64,000 bases of DNA, from positions 1,399 to 65,398 of the forward strand of contig CAXBPY010000008.1 of assembly GCA_963977675.1 (NCBI GenBank). The letters are read 5' to 3'. This stretch comes from an uncultured bacterium. GTDB lineage: Bacteria > Bacteroidota > Bacteroidia > Chitinophagales > UBA10324. The position numbers were made by a program, and so were the translations under genes. Positions 19,986 through 28,951 of this stretch are shown in pieces; position 1 is the first letter of the stretch; each line of letters opens with the position of its first letter. The notes below the pieces were generated by a model. The model ran no database searches. It saw only the letters and a program-made list of their open reading frames with translations, and was not told the DNA's origin.

Positions 19986-21251
19986 ATGAAACACATCATT
20001 AACATCGAAAGTCGCAACCAAATTACCAATCAGGTTATGACTGAAACGGCCCAAAAGGGAATTGTTCAATTGTCAACTCAAGACAAGGTGCTTGACGGAA
20101 GACAAATTACTGTTAAAGGTAAAAAATTGATTTCTTTCGGTTCTTGCAGCTACCTTGGCTTAGAAACACACCCAGCTTTAAAAGAGGCAAGTAAGGAAGC
20201 AGCTGAAAATTACGGAACTCAGTTTTCATCTTCTCGAGCATATGTTTCTTTAGGATTATATGATAAATTGGAAACCTTGCTCGGAGTAATGTTCAATGCT
20301 CCTGTTATGGTTAGCGCATCCACCAAACTTGGCCATCTGGCAAATATTCCGGTATTGGTTGAAAATCATGATGCTGTTATACTGGACGAACAAGTTCATG
20401 CGAGCGTGCAAATGGCTGTTCAATTATTGAAGGCAAGGAACATTACAGTTGAAATTATTCGTCACAATCGAATGGATATTCTTGAAGAGAAAGTTAGTTC
20501 TTTAAAAGAAAATCATCGTAAAATATGGTACATGGCTGATGGTGTTTATTCAATGTATGGAGATGCTGCTCCTTTAAAAGAAATGATGGAACTTGTATAT
20601 CTCTATCCACAACTTAATTTGTATATTGATGATGCCCACGGATTGAGCTGGAAAGGACTTAATGGTTCAGGAATGGCAAAAACTGTGTTGCCCAGGCATG
20701 AACAGATTTTCATTGCAACATCAATGGCAAAAGCATTTGGAGCAGGAGGAGGAATTATGATTTATCCAAATGATGACTATCGCAGGAAGGTTCGTAAATG
20801 CGGAGGCACAATGATTTTTTCCGGACCAATTCAGCCACCAATTCTTGGCGCCTGCATTGCATCAGCAGAAATTCATTTATCAAACGAGATTTATAAATTA
20901 CAAAATGAGCTTGAAGGAAAGATCAATTATTTTATACAATTAGCTCAACATCTAGAACTGCCTTTAATCAGCAGAAATAATTCACCAATAAAATTCATTG
21001 GTGTGGGTAAACCGGGCATTGGATATAGCATGATCCGTCGACTAATGGAAGCTGGGTATTATGCTAATCTCTCTGTATTTCCAAGCGTAAGCTACAACCA
21101 CACAGGAATACGCCTACCACTGACAAATCATCTGACTTTCGAGGACATAGAAGGATTGTTATACACTGTTGCCGAGCAACTTCCATTAGCGTTAAATGAA
21201 GAGAAGTTTAGTATAAGACAGATTAACCGAGCTTTCAAAATTGCAGTCTAA
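19986..21251 (+). CDS. PLP-dependent alpha-oxoamine synthase family enzyme (BioF/Kbl/SPT/CqsA fold), substrate unknown
   Basis: SCSYLGL, DEQVHAS, HN, DGVYSMYGD, DDAHG, PLP lysine in SMAKAFG, FSGP. Confidence 0.85.
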   Translation: MKHIINIESRNQITNQVMTETAQKGIVQLSTQDKVLDGRQITVKGKKLISFGSCSYLGLETHPALKEASKEAAENYGTQFSSSRAYVSLGLYDKLETLLGVMFNAPVMVSASTKLGHLANIPVLVENHDAVILDEQVHASVQMAVQLLKARNITVEIIRHNRMDILEEKVSSLKENHRKIWYMADGVYSMYGDAAPLKEMMELVYLYPQLNLYIDDAHGLSWKGLNGSGMAKTVLPRHEQIFIATSMAKAFGAGGGIMIYPNDDYRRKVRKCGGTMIFSGPIQPPILGACIASAEIHLSNEIYKLQNELEGKINYFIQLAQHLELPLISRNNSPIKFIGVGKPGIGYSMIRRLMEAGYYANLSVFPSVSYNHTGIRLPLTNHLTFEDIEGLLYTVAEQLPLALNEEKFSIRQINRAFKIAV

Positions 21252-21291
21252 AAAAATCTAAATCTATATCATTAAATCAAAATCTAATTCT

Positions 21292-21723
21292 ATGTATTTT
21301 AAAATTCCAAACCCGGTTACAATTATGATTGTTGATGCATACCGGCAAAACTATGAATTGTTTAAAACCATTGCAGGGTTTTCTGATACACCCGTTAGAT
21401 CTTTTCAAAAGGATAACTTAAATGCTGCTATCAACTATCTTTCTACACCAAACCTCACTAATATTCCTCCTGAAATTATTTTTTGCAATGAGCAAATCGG
21501 AGAACGAAACGGAATTGAGTTTCTTGAAAAGTTTGCTGAAACTAAATATGGAAAAGAAGGAGTGGTTCCTGTTTATTTAATTTCATCTAACAAAGATTCT
21601 AATTCAATTATCAAGTCAGCAAGTGCATTTCAATTCTTCAAAGGAATTTTACAAAACCCGATTCAGATCGATGAACTCAATGAGATTCTTGTTCGCCATA
21701 ATTCAGTGGTGCATAAAGAATAA
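21292..21723 (+). CDS. Stand-alone atypical receiver-domain protein
   Basis: Receiver layout 'IMIVD...PEIIFCNEQIGERNGIEFL...VYLISS...LQNPI'; Asn at both the phospho-Asp and the conserved Lys positions. Confidence 0.7.
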   Translation: MYFKIPNPVTIMIVDAYRQNYELFKTIAGFSDTPVRSFQKDNLNAAINYLSTPNLTNIPPEIIFCNEQIGERNGIEFLEKFAETKYGKEGVVPVYLISSNKDSNSIIKSASAFQFFKGILQNPIQIDELNEILVRHNSVVHKE

Positions 21724-21756
21724 AATTCAGTCTGATTATTTAGTTTAACAAAACGC

Positions 21757-21789
21757 AAAGGCCGTACATTCAAATGAGCGGCCTTTTTT
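21757..21789 (+). terminator. Intrinsic terminator of the synthase-receiver operon
   Basis: AAAGGCCG...CGGCCTTT stem followed by a T run. Confidence 0.75.
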
Positions 21790-21873
21790 ATTCCAGGCCT
21801 TTTATCTCCAAACAAAAAATAATATCGAATTCAAAATTTCTGCTAGAGCTTATTTTATAATTTCATAAAAAAT

Positions 21874-21893
21874 AATTTAGATTTGCCTAAAAT
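21874..21893. promoter_or_regulatory. Putative MntR/DtxR-family operator
   Basis: Palindrome TTTAG-atttgc-CTAAA (21876-21891) overlapping a TAGATTTG box directly upstream of mntR. Confidence 0.65.
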
Positions 21894-21904
21894 ATAATTT
21901 TAAA

Positions 21905-22558
21905 TTGAAAAATATTTCTGAAGAAAACTACCTTAAGGCTATCTTCATTCTTAGCGGCAAGAATGATCAGGAGGTATTTACTAACGATCTCGCTCTCTAT
22001 CTGAGCAATAAAGCCGCGTCAGTAACTGATATGCTTAAAAAACTTGCACAAAAAAAATTCGTCAGTTACAAAAAATACAGCGGTGTAACCCTTACTGAAC
22101 AAGGAAAGAAGAAAGCCATTGACATTGTTCGCAAGCATAGACTCTGGGAATTCTTTTTAGTGAATCAGCTTGGATTTACCTGGGACGAAATTCATGAAGT
22201 AGCAGAACAGCTTGAACATATCCAATCAGATTTACTGATCGAGCGACTCGACGCCTACTTGCGGTTTCCACAATCAGATCCTCATGGAGATCCAATTCCA
22301 AATAGAAATGGAAAATTTAAACAAACCAATTCAAAAGCTCTGGCTGAACTTGCTGAAAGATCTAACGCAATTGTTTTTACAGTTACAGATAAACCTGATT
22401 TGCTTCGCTATCTAAGCAAAATTGGAATTGCACTTGGCACAAAAGTTAAGGTGCTTGAGAAAATTCCATTTGATAATAGCTTGTTATTACAATTAAATGG
22501 AAAGAACAAAATTCAGGTCAGCGCAGATATTGCCAAACATATAAAGGTTCAACTATGA
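21905..22558 (+). CDS. mntR: DtxR/MntR metal-dependent repressor with FeoA-like C-terminal domain
   Basis: SEENYLKAI, ASVTDMLKKL, RKHRLWE, AEQLEH, DPHGDPIP. Confidence 0.9.
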   Translation: MKNISEENYLKAIFILSGKNDQEVFTNDLALYLSNKAASVTDMLKKLAQKKFVSYKKYSGVTLTEQGKKKAIDIVRKHRLWEFFLVNQLGFTWDEIHEVAEQLEHIQSDLLIERLDAYLRFPQSDPHGDPIPNRNGKFKQTNSKALAELAERSNAIVFTVTDKPDLLRYLSKIGIALGTKVKVLEKIPFDNSLLLQLNGKNKIQVSADIAKHIKVQL

Positions 22559-24432
22559 GTCAATTAAAATCAACTTCAAAATCATTAGAAGAAGTTCACT
22601 CGACAGTTGACACTATAAAAAAAAGAAACTGGTTACAGACTCTTCTGGCCTTCGCCGGGCCCGCTTATATGGTGAGCGTTGGATATATGGACCCGGGAAA
22701 TTGGGCAACAGATATTGCAGCCGGAAGTGCATTTGGCTACCAGCTAATTTGGGTACTTCTGATGTCTAACCTGATTGCATTATTGCTGCAAAGTCATTGT
22801 GCACGCTTAGGAATAGTTCGAGGCCGTGATCTGGCACAGGCTTCAAAGGAAAATTATCATTCAATCATAAACATCCCGCTTTATGTATTGGCAGAAATTG
22901 CTATTGCTGCCTGTGATCTGGCCGAAGTGCTGGGTCTCGCAATTGGTTTAAACTTACTTTTCCATATTCCACTTTTATACGGCGTTGCATTGGCTGTTCT
23001 TGACTGCTTAGTGCTTTTGCTTTTAATCAATATCGGTATTCGAAAAATGGAGGCATTCATTATTTCGATGGTGGTGATTATGGGGGCTTGCTTTTTTACT
23101 GAACTTGTAATTGCCAAACCCGATGCCCGAGAAATTGTTTCCGGATTTGTGCCAACCAAACTTAATGATGTGGCTCTTTACCTTGCGATCGGAATTATTG
23201 GCGCAACCGTGATGCCTCATAATCTGTATTTGCATTCGGCGCTGGTTCAAACAAGAAAAATTGATCGTTCACCTGGTGGATTGAAGCGTGCGTTTAGGTT
23301 CAATGTAATTGATTCTGCTGTTGCTCTGAATCTAGCGTTGTTTGTTAATGCTGCAATTTTGATCCTCGCTGCTGCAGTTTTTTACACTCGTGGCTTATTC
23401 AATATTGCTGATATTAATGAAGCACATAGATTATTGGAACCTCTGCTTGGTGCTTCATTTGCCCCGGTTCTTTTTGCTATAGCGCTAATTGCAAGCGGGC
23501 AAAGCAGCACCATTACCGGAACTCTTGCCGGCCAGATTGTAATGGAAGGGTATCTCAATCTGCGAATTACACCATGGTTACGAAGACTTATCACTCGAAT
23601 AATTGCTGTGGTTCCGGCGTTTTTAGTCATTTGGTTGAATGGCGAAAATTCAACAGGCGATTTGTTGATTCTGTCTCAAGTCATACTTAGTATGCAATTG
23701 GGATTTGCGATCATTCCGCTCATTCACTTTGTAAGCGATAAAAAAACCATGGGAGAATTTGCAATTGGTCTTCCTTTAAAAATTGCATCATGGATTTCAG
23801 CCATTGTAATTGTAGGATTGAATGTCAAATTGGTTGGAGAAGAAATTTTTTCATTACTTGAAAGCAGTGGAAACTCATGGTGGGTTTATACATTTATTAT
23901 TCCTTCAGCTATTGGGGCTGCCTTGCTTTTATTATATATTACATTTTCTCCGTTTATATCAAAAGCCAATAAAAAACGAATTAGCATTCATCAACTGAAG
24001 ATACCCGAGTTAATCGATCAGGAAGATTTTACACGAATTGCTATCACTCTTGACTTTAGTACAATAGATAGCAAAACAATTTCCCGGGCTGTTTACATTG
24101 GAAATAAGTCCGCCTCTTATCACCTGATTCATGTAGTAGAAAGTGCGGGCGCTATATTAATTGGCTCTCAAACAAGAGATAAAGAAGAAGAAGAAGACCT
24201 GCGACACTTATTTGCTGTTGCTGAAGAACTCTCTCGAAACGGATATCATGTCACTTATGAATTGTGCTTCGGAAAAAGAAGTGATGCGATTGCAAAATCA
24301 GTTCGTGAATTTAATGCGCAACTTCTGGTGATGGGAGCTCATGGCCACAAAGGGTTAAAGGATATTATTCTCGGCGAAACCATTTCACAGGTTCGTCATA
24401 AAGTAAAAATTCCAGTGCTGGCGGTAAATTGA
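22555..24432 (+). CDS. mntH: Nramp Mn2+ transporter with C-terminal universal-stress-protein domain
   Basis: DPGN, MPHNLYLHS, QSSTITGTLAGQIVMEG; USP motif 'LLVMGAHGHKG...GET'. Confidence 0.93.
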   Translation: MSQLKSTSKSLEEVHSTVDTIKKRNWLQTLLAFAGPAYMVSVGYMDPGNWATDIAAGSAFGYQLIWVLLMSNLIALLLQSHCARLGIVRGRDLAQASKENYHSIINIPLYVLAEIAIAACDLAEVLGLAIGLNLLFHIPLLYGVALAVLDCLVLLLLINIGIRKMEAFIISMVVIMGACFFTELVIAKPDAREIVSGFVPTKLNDVALYLAIGIIGATVMPHNLYLHSALVQTRKIDRSPGGLKRAFRFNVIDSAVALNLALFVNAAILILAAAVFYTRGLFNIADINEAHRLLEPLLGASFAPVLFAIALIASGQSSTITGTLAGQIVMEGYLNLRITPWLRRLITRIIAVVPAFLVIWLNGENSTGDLLILSQVILSMQLGFAIIPLIHFVSDKKTMGEFAIGLPLKIASWISAIVIVGLNVKLVGEEIFSLLESSGNSWWVYTFIIPSAIGAALLLLYITFSPFISKANKKRISIHQLKIPELIDQEDFTRIAITLDFSTIDSKTISRAVYIGNKSASYHLIHVVESAGAILIGSQTRDKEEEEDLRHLFAVAEELSRNGYHVTYELCFGKRSDAIAKSVREFNAQLLVMGAHGHKGLKDIILGETISQVRHKVKIPVLAVN

Positions 24433-24491
24433 ATCGATAAAAATTTTGGTCTGATTAAAAAACCAGAATCAAAAAGTCATAAGGAAACTTT

Positions 24492-24575
24492 TTACCGAAT
24501 TCTCTTTTCTGCTTTATAAAGAACTGCAGAGATAACTGCTACTAAAGTTGAAAGTGTGACAAAAGCTGAAATCAT
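24492..24575 (-). CDS. Candidate 27-aa membrane microprotein (MISAFVTLSTLVAVISAVLYKAEKRIR)
   Basis: ATG...TAA; one hydrophobic helix plus basic tail; TATTTTTG box at 24591-24598 just upstream. Confidence 0.45.
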   Translation of the reverse strand: MISAFVTLSTLVAVISAVLYKAEKRIR

Positions 24576-24705
24576 GACTGTATGTTTTTCCAAAAATAAT
24601 TTGCACTAACGGCGCCTGATCTTAACCCTTACTCACAAAAACTGTTTCTCCGTCTGCTTTCTCAGACAAGGAATTCCGATACTATTATTGATGAAATTTT
24701 TTGAA

Positions 24706-25674
24706 ATGAAATATAGAAGGCTTGGAAGATCAGGGTTGCAGGTAAGCGAACTTTCATTTGGTTCATGGATGAATTTCACTAACCGGGCTGCCGACGATGT
24801 AAATGAAAAATGCATGAAGTATGCATACGATCATGGAGTAAATTTTTTTGATAACGCAGAAGGCTACAACTTCGGTGAATCAGAAAAACTAATGGGAAAA
24901 ATTCTGAAGAAGATGAAATGGCACAGGGATTCATATGCAATCAGCAGCAAGGTTTTTTTTGGAGGAAATGGAAAACTCCCAATGCAGATTGGCCTCTCGC
25001 GCAAACATGTATTTGACGCCTGTCACGATGCTTTAAAGAGAATGCGGATTGAATATCTCGATCTTTATTTCTGCCATCGCCCGGACCCGGAAACTCCGAT
25101 TGATGAAACGGTTTGGGCAATGCACCAGCTCATTATGCAGGGAAAAATTTTATATTGGGGAACCAGTGAATGGAGTGCAAATGAACTGAAACAAGCCTTT
25201 GTTGTTGCTGAGCGCCACAATCTGATTCCTCCAACAATGGAGCAGCCACAGTATAATTTATTAATGAGAGACAAAGTCGAAAATGAATTTGTTCCGCTTT
25301 ATGCAAAAGGTTTGGGAACTACAATCTGGTCGCCGCTTGCATCAGGACTGTTGACCGGAAAATACATTAATAGTATTCCGAAAAACTCAAGACTTGGAAT
25401 TAAGAATATGGAATGGCTGAAAAAGAAAACCGTAGAAGATGATTCGAAAATGGAAAAGGTAAAAAAGCTATCTCTCCTTTGTGAAAAAATTGGAGTACCA
25501 ATGAATCAACTGGCGATTGCCTGGTGCCTGAAAAATAAAAATGTAAGTACAGTCATACTTGGGGCATCTAAACTTGATCAATTGAAAAGCAATTTGAAAT
25601 CACTTGAAGTTTATGGTTCGCTGAATGAAGATGTGATGAAGGAATTAGATAAAATAACTTTGGCGAAGAATTAG
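24706..25674 (+). CDS. Aldo/keto reductase, Kv-beta-like subfamily
   Basis: YRRLGRSGLQVS, FDNAEGY, GLSRKH, YFCHRPD, YWGTSEW, WSPLASGLLTGKY. Confidence 0.92.
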   Translation: MKYRRLGRSGLQVSELSFGSWMNFTNRAADDVNEKCMKYAYDHGVNFFDNAEGYNFGESEKLMGKILKKMKWHRDSYAISSKVFFGGNGKLPMQIGLSRKHVFDACHDALKRMRIEYLDLYFCHRPDPETPIDETVWAMHQLIMQGKILYWGTSEWSANELKQAFVVAERHNLIPPTMEQPQYNLLMRDKVENEFVPLYAKGLGTTIWSPLASGLLTGKYINSIPKNSRLGIKNMEWLKKKTVEDDSKMEKVKKLSLLCEKIGVPMNQLAIAWCLKNKNVSTVILGASKLDQLKSNLKSLEVYGSLNEDVMKELDKITLAKN

Positions 25675-25675
25675 T

Positions 25676-26029
25676 TTACCAAAGTTTTACAATCAAAATT
25701 CCAAGACCAATAATCACAATACCAATACAGCAACAAGCGCCTATTGCAGTATCCTCATCATCAAAATCTGAAAACATAAGTTGATTGCACAATGAATCTG
25801 AAGAATTCAGATTCAGATTCTTTACAGAATTTTCTATCTTCAATGTTGAATTAAAATTTCCTTTCATGATTCCGGCATCTGTTAAATCTTTTTCAAGATG
25901 TTGAAGTTGACTGACTGATGCATTCACTTTTGATTTATCGTAGCTGAAGAGTTCGCTCTTAGAAGCAAAGGATTTTTGTGAAAAGAAAAAAATGTTGTTA
26001 ATGAGTAGATGAATAATATTCTTGTTCAT
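25676..26029 (-). CDS. Hypothetical protein with C-terminal Cys-rich TM segment
   Basis: 117-aa ORF ending 'GACCCIGIVIIGLGILIV'. Confidence 0.5.
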   Translation of the reverse strand: MNKNIIHLLINNIFFFSQKSFASKSELFSYDKSKVNASVSQLQHLEKDLTDAGIMKGNFNSTLKIENSVKNLNLNSSDSLCNQLMFSDFDDEDTAIGACCCIGIVIIGLGILIVKLW

Positions 26030-26092
26030 GTTTGACAGTTAATAACTGATTTCAAAAATCATTTCTATCATTACAACAAGCAAATAAATAAG

Positions 26093-27022
26093 TTGACATC
26101 TGCTGAATCGTCGTTCGCTTTTATTTTAAATCCTGTTTCTTCAGGCGGAAAGTCATTGAATTTCTGGAAGAGTTTTGAAAAAAATTTAAAGAATGAAAAT
26201 ATTTCTTATCAGCTTTTTCAAACAACAAAATCAGGTGAAGCAGTTGAACTCGTTCAAAAAGCAATTCAATCTGGGTTCAAAAAGATTATTGCCATAGGGG
26301 GCGATGGAACCTTGCATCAGGTAGCAAACGGAATTCTTTCTCAAAGTTTCTATGACACAAAAGATATAGCCATGGGTTTAATTCCGATGGGTACAGGGAA
26401 TGATTTCGGCCGTTACTGGAAACTTCCAGTAAAAAATTCGCTAATAATTTCTATGATGAAGAATCACAAAATTGTTTTGCAGGATGTTATTAAGGTTAAT
26501 TACATCCGTGAGAATAAAAATATTTTCCTGATCAGTATGGGCGGATGTGGTTTTGATTCTTCAGTGGCTTTAAAAGCGCATAACGAAAAATTGAAGGGCA
26601 GGGGAGGAAAATTGGTTTACCTGCGTTGCCTTCTGCAATCGCTTTTCGGTTACAAAAGCACCACGATGAAAATTGTGGTGGATGAAAAAAAATATGTAGG
26701 AAAATTTTTTTCTGTTGCAATTGGAAATAACCATAGCAACGGAGGCGGAATCATGCAATGCCCCGGTGCATCTATGACAGATGGTAAACTCAATATCACG
26801 ATGCTTGGTGATCTAACACTGGGAGAGATTTTGTGGAATCTAAAAGGAATGTTCAATGGAAGTTTTACAAAGCATAAAAAAGTAACCACATCGTTTGGCC
26901 AAAAAATATTTCTCGAGTGTTCAGAAGAAAATATTTTGGAATTAGATGGAGAACCATATTATAATCTTCCTGTTAGCTTAGAAATTGTCCCTTCGATGTT
27001 AAGCGTGATTATTCCGAAATGA
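26093..27022 (+). CDS. Diacylglycerol/lipid kinase family (YegS/DgkB-like)
   Basis: NPVS, GGDGT, PMGTGNDF, GGG, LDGE. Confidence 0.9.
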   Translation: MTSAESSFAFILNPVSSGGKSLNFWKSFEKNLKNENISYQLFQTTKSGEAVELVQKAIQSGFKKIIAIGGDGTLHQVANGILSQSFYDTKDIAMGLIPMGTGNDFGRYWKLPVKNSLIISMMKNHKIVLQDVIKVNYIRENKNIFLISMGGCGFDSSVALKAHNEKLKGRGGKLVYLRCLLQSLFGYKSTTMKIVVDEKKYVGKFFSVAIGNNHSNGGGIMQCPGASMTDGKLNITMLGDLTLGEILWNLKGMFNGSFTKHKKVTTSFGQKIFLECSEENILELDGEPYYNLPVSLEIVPSMLSVIIPK

Positions 27023-27099
27023 TTTAATAAAGGATCGGAATGAATTCAATATAGACTAAAATAAACCGCAAATAAACTGAGGGCTGAATTCGAAATAAA

Positions 27100-27468
27100 T
27101 TAATTCAGAAATTCCTGGCGCAGTACTTCAATTGAAATACTAACTGAACTTTTATGGCTTTTCAATTGAAAATTCAATTTCGAAATTTCGTCATGCACAG
27201 AAACCGGAATCGTGGTCATAAAAAAACCTTTTGTAACTTTTTTGGAAAACAGTTCAATATCTTTTTTACCCTGCAGGTAACTAATTCTCAACTCACCATC
27301 AAATGGAATAATTGAACTGATTCGAATTTCAGAATCAAGTGTTAGTTCGGCAGCCGCACGAAGAGAAGACTGATGTTTTATCTTCAATTCCGGAGATGGA
27401 ATAATATCTTCTTTGTAATCGAAATTATTCTTTGATTTAAACACTCCGCTATAGTGTTCGGATTTCAT
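27100..27468 (-). CDS. Hypothetical protein
   Basis: 122-aa ORF with ATG start, co-oriented with the ftsX block. Confidence 0.45.
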   Translation of the reverse strand: MKSEHYSGVFKSKNNFDYKEDIIPSPELKIKHQSSLRAAAELTLDSEIRISSIIPFDGELRISYLQGKKDIELFSKKVTKGFFMTTIPVSVHDEISKLNFQLKSHKSSVSISIEVLRQEFLN

Positions 27469-27533
27469 TTGGGTTAATTATATGGGCGGTGAATTTATAC
27501 TCTTAAGCCCGAATCATTGCAAAAGTCCGACTC

Positions 27534-27797
27534 TTAATCTTTCGGTCTTCTAAGAATTCCAAAAATCACAATTACATACCCTGCAATTACTACTATTGGT
27601 GCAAGGGTGACTCTTCTGAAACTATATATTTCTTCAATTTTATACTCATCAGGTTTTTGATCTCCCCCTGCCATCAACATGTATCCGACTATCAGAACTA
27701 TCACACCTGAAATAATCAGCAAATAATTTTCTCTATTGAAAAGAAATCCTTGATTTTGAGCATCGGATTTTTTAGCGGTTTCCTTAGTTGTGGCCAT
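27534..27797 (-). CDS. DUF3098 family membrane protein
   Basis: 'FNRENY...GYMLMAGG...IYSFRRVTLAP'; usual position downstream of ftsX. Confidence 0.85.
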   Translation of the reverse strand: MATTKETAKKSDAQNQGFLFNRENYLLIISGVIVLIVGYMLMAGGDQKPDEYKIEEIYSFRRVTLAPIVVIAGYVIVIFGILRRPKD

Positions 27798-27951
27798 AAA
27801 TATTTTTTCGGTTGACGAAAGTATATGCAGGAATGTGAAAAGTGAAACGATGAATGATCAAATCAAACTGTATTACTTATAAAGGATAACCTTAAACAGC
27901 GAAGCAATGAGTTCAATAACTACATTTATTTAATACGAATAAATTGCTTCT

Positions 27952-28824
27952 CTAATAAAGTTCATCAAGATGCATTCTAAGATATTTGTTTGAAACTACA
28001 AAGCTGCTGAGAGCAGTAAAGAGAATTCCAAAAGCAATGATGAGTAAAAAAAGCAAAATAGTTCCGTTGAAATCCTGAAGTGCTTTTAAGTCAGGAAGCA
28101 CACTTATTAAAAAATTCAGGAGAGTGAAAAGCAATGTGACTGCAATCAACCCGCTGATTAATCCATTGAACAAAGCCCGGATAAGAAATGGTTTACGAAT
28201 AAATGCGTTTGTGGCACCAACCAATTGCATGCTTCGCAATAAAAATCTTTGAGAATACATTGCAAGCCGGGTAGTTGAATCAATTAATGTATACGAAACA
28301 AATCCGAGCAAAAGAGAGAGTGCTATAATTATGTAGCTAAAGGTTCTGAAATTTTTATTTGCAAGTTCAACCAGTTTGCTCTCATAATAAAATTCCTGAA
28401 CCGAAGGATTAGCCTGTATTCTGGTTTGTATGGCGGTAATACTATCGGGTAATGAAAAACCTGCGTTGATTTTTAAATCGATAGAAGCGAAAAGAGGATT
28501 CTCATTGAGCATATCATGGTAATCATCATTGAATTCATTGATATAAATTTTTTCTGCATCATCTTTCGAAATGTATTCTGCCGATTTAGCCCATGGCTGA
28601 GCCATTATTTCAGCACATAATTTTTTCCCGGCATCATCACTCACTCCGTTTTTAAGAATTATTGTAAAAGAAATATTCTCTTTTATGTAATCGGAAAGTT
28701 TTCTTCCATGAATCAAAAGCAAGAATAAGATCCCCACCACAAAAAGAACCAAAGCAGTACTGATAATGCTATAAATGTGGGAGGGTTTGAATCTTTTTTT
28801 TGCTTTGTTTCTACCGGTTGCCAT
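27952..28824 (-). CDS. ftsX: Cell division permease FtsX
   Basis: SIISTALVLF, ENPL, 'TRLAMYSQRFLLRSMQLVGATNAFIRKPF', C-terminal LDELY; TACTTTCG box at 28831-28838. Confidence 0.92.
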   Translation of the reverse strand: MATGRNKAKKRFKPSHIYSIISTALVLFVVGILFLLLIHGRKLSDYIKENISFTIILKNGVSDDAGKKLCAEIMAQPWAKSAEYISKDDAEKIYINEFNDDYHDMLNENPLFASIDLKINAGFSLPDSITAIQTRIQANPSVQEFYYESKLVELANKNFRTFSYIIIALSLLLGFVSYTLIDSTTRLAMYSQRFLLRSMQLVGATNAFIRKPFLIRALFNGLISGLIAVTLLFTLLNFLISVLPDLKALQDFNGTILLFLLIIAFGILFTALSSFVVSNKYLRMHLDELY

Positions 28825-28951
28825 TCGCAGCGAAAGTAGATTCCCCTGAATGCTCAATGCGAGTTTGAATATTTCATTTTCCACAATGAAAATTGTAAAT
28901 ACAAATTATGAATTCACTTCTGCTCTCGCTGTTAGATTTGCGAACTTCAAT

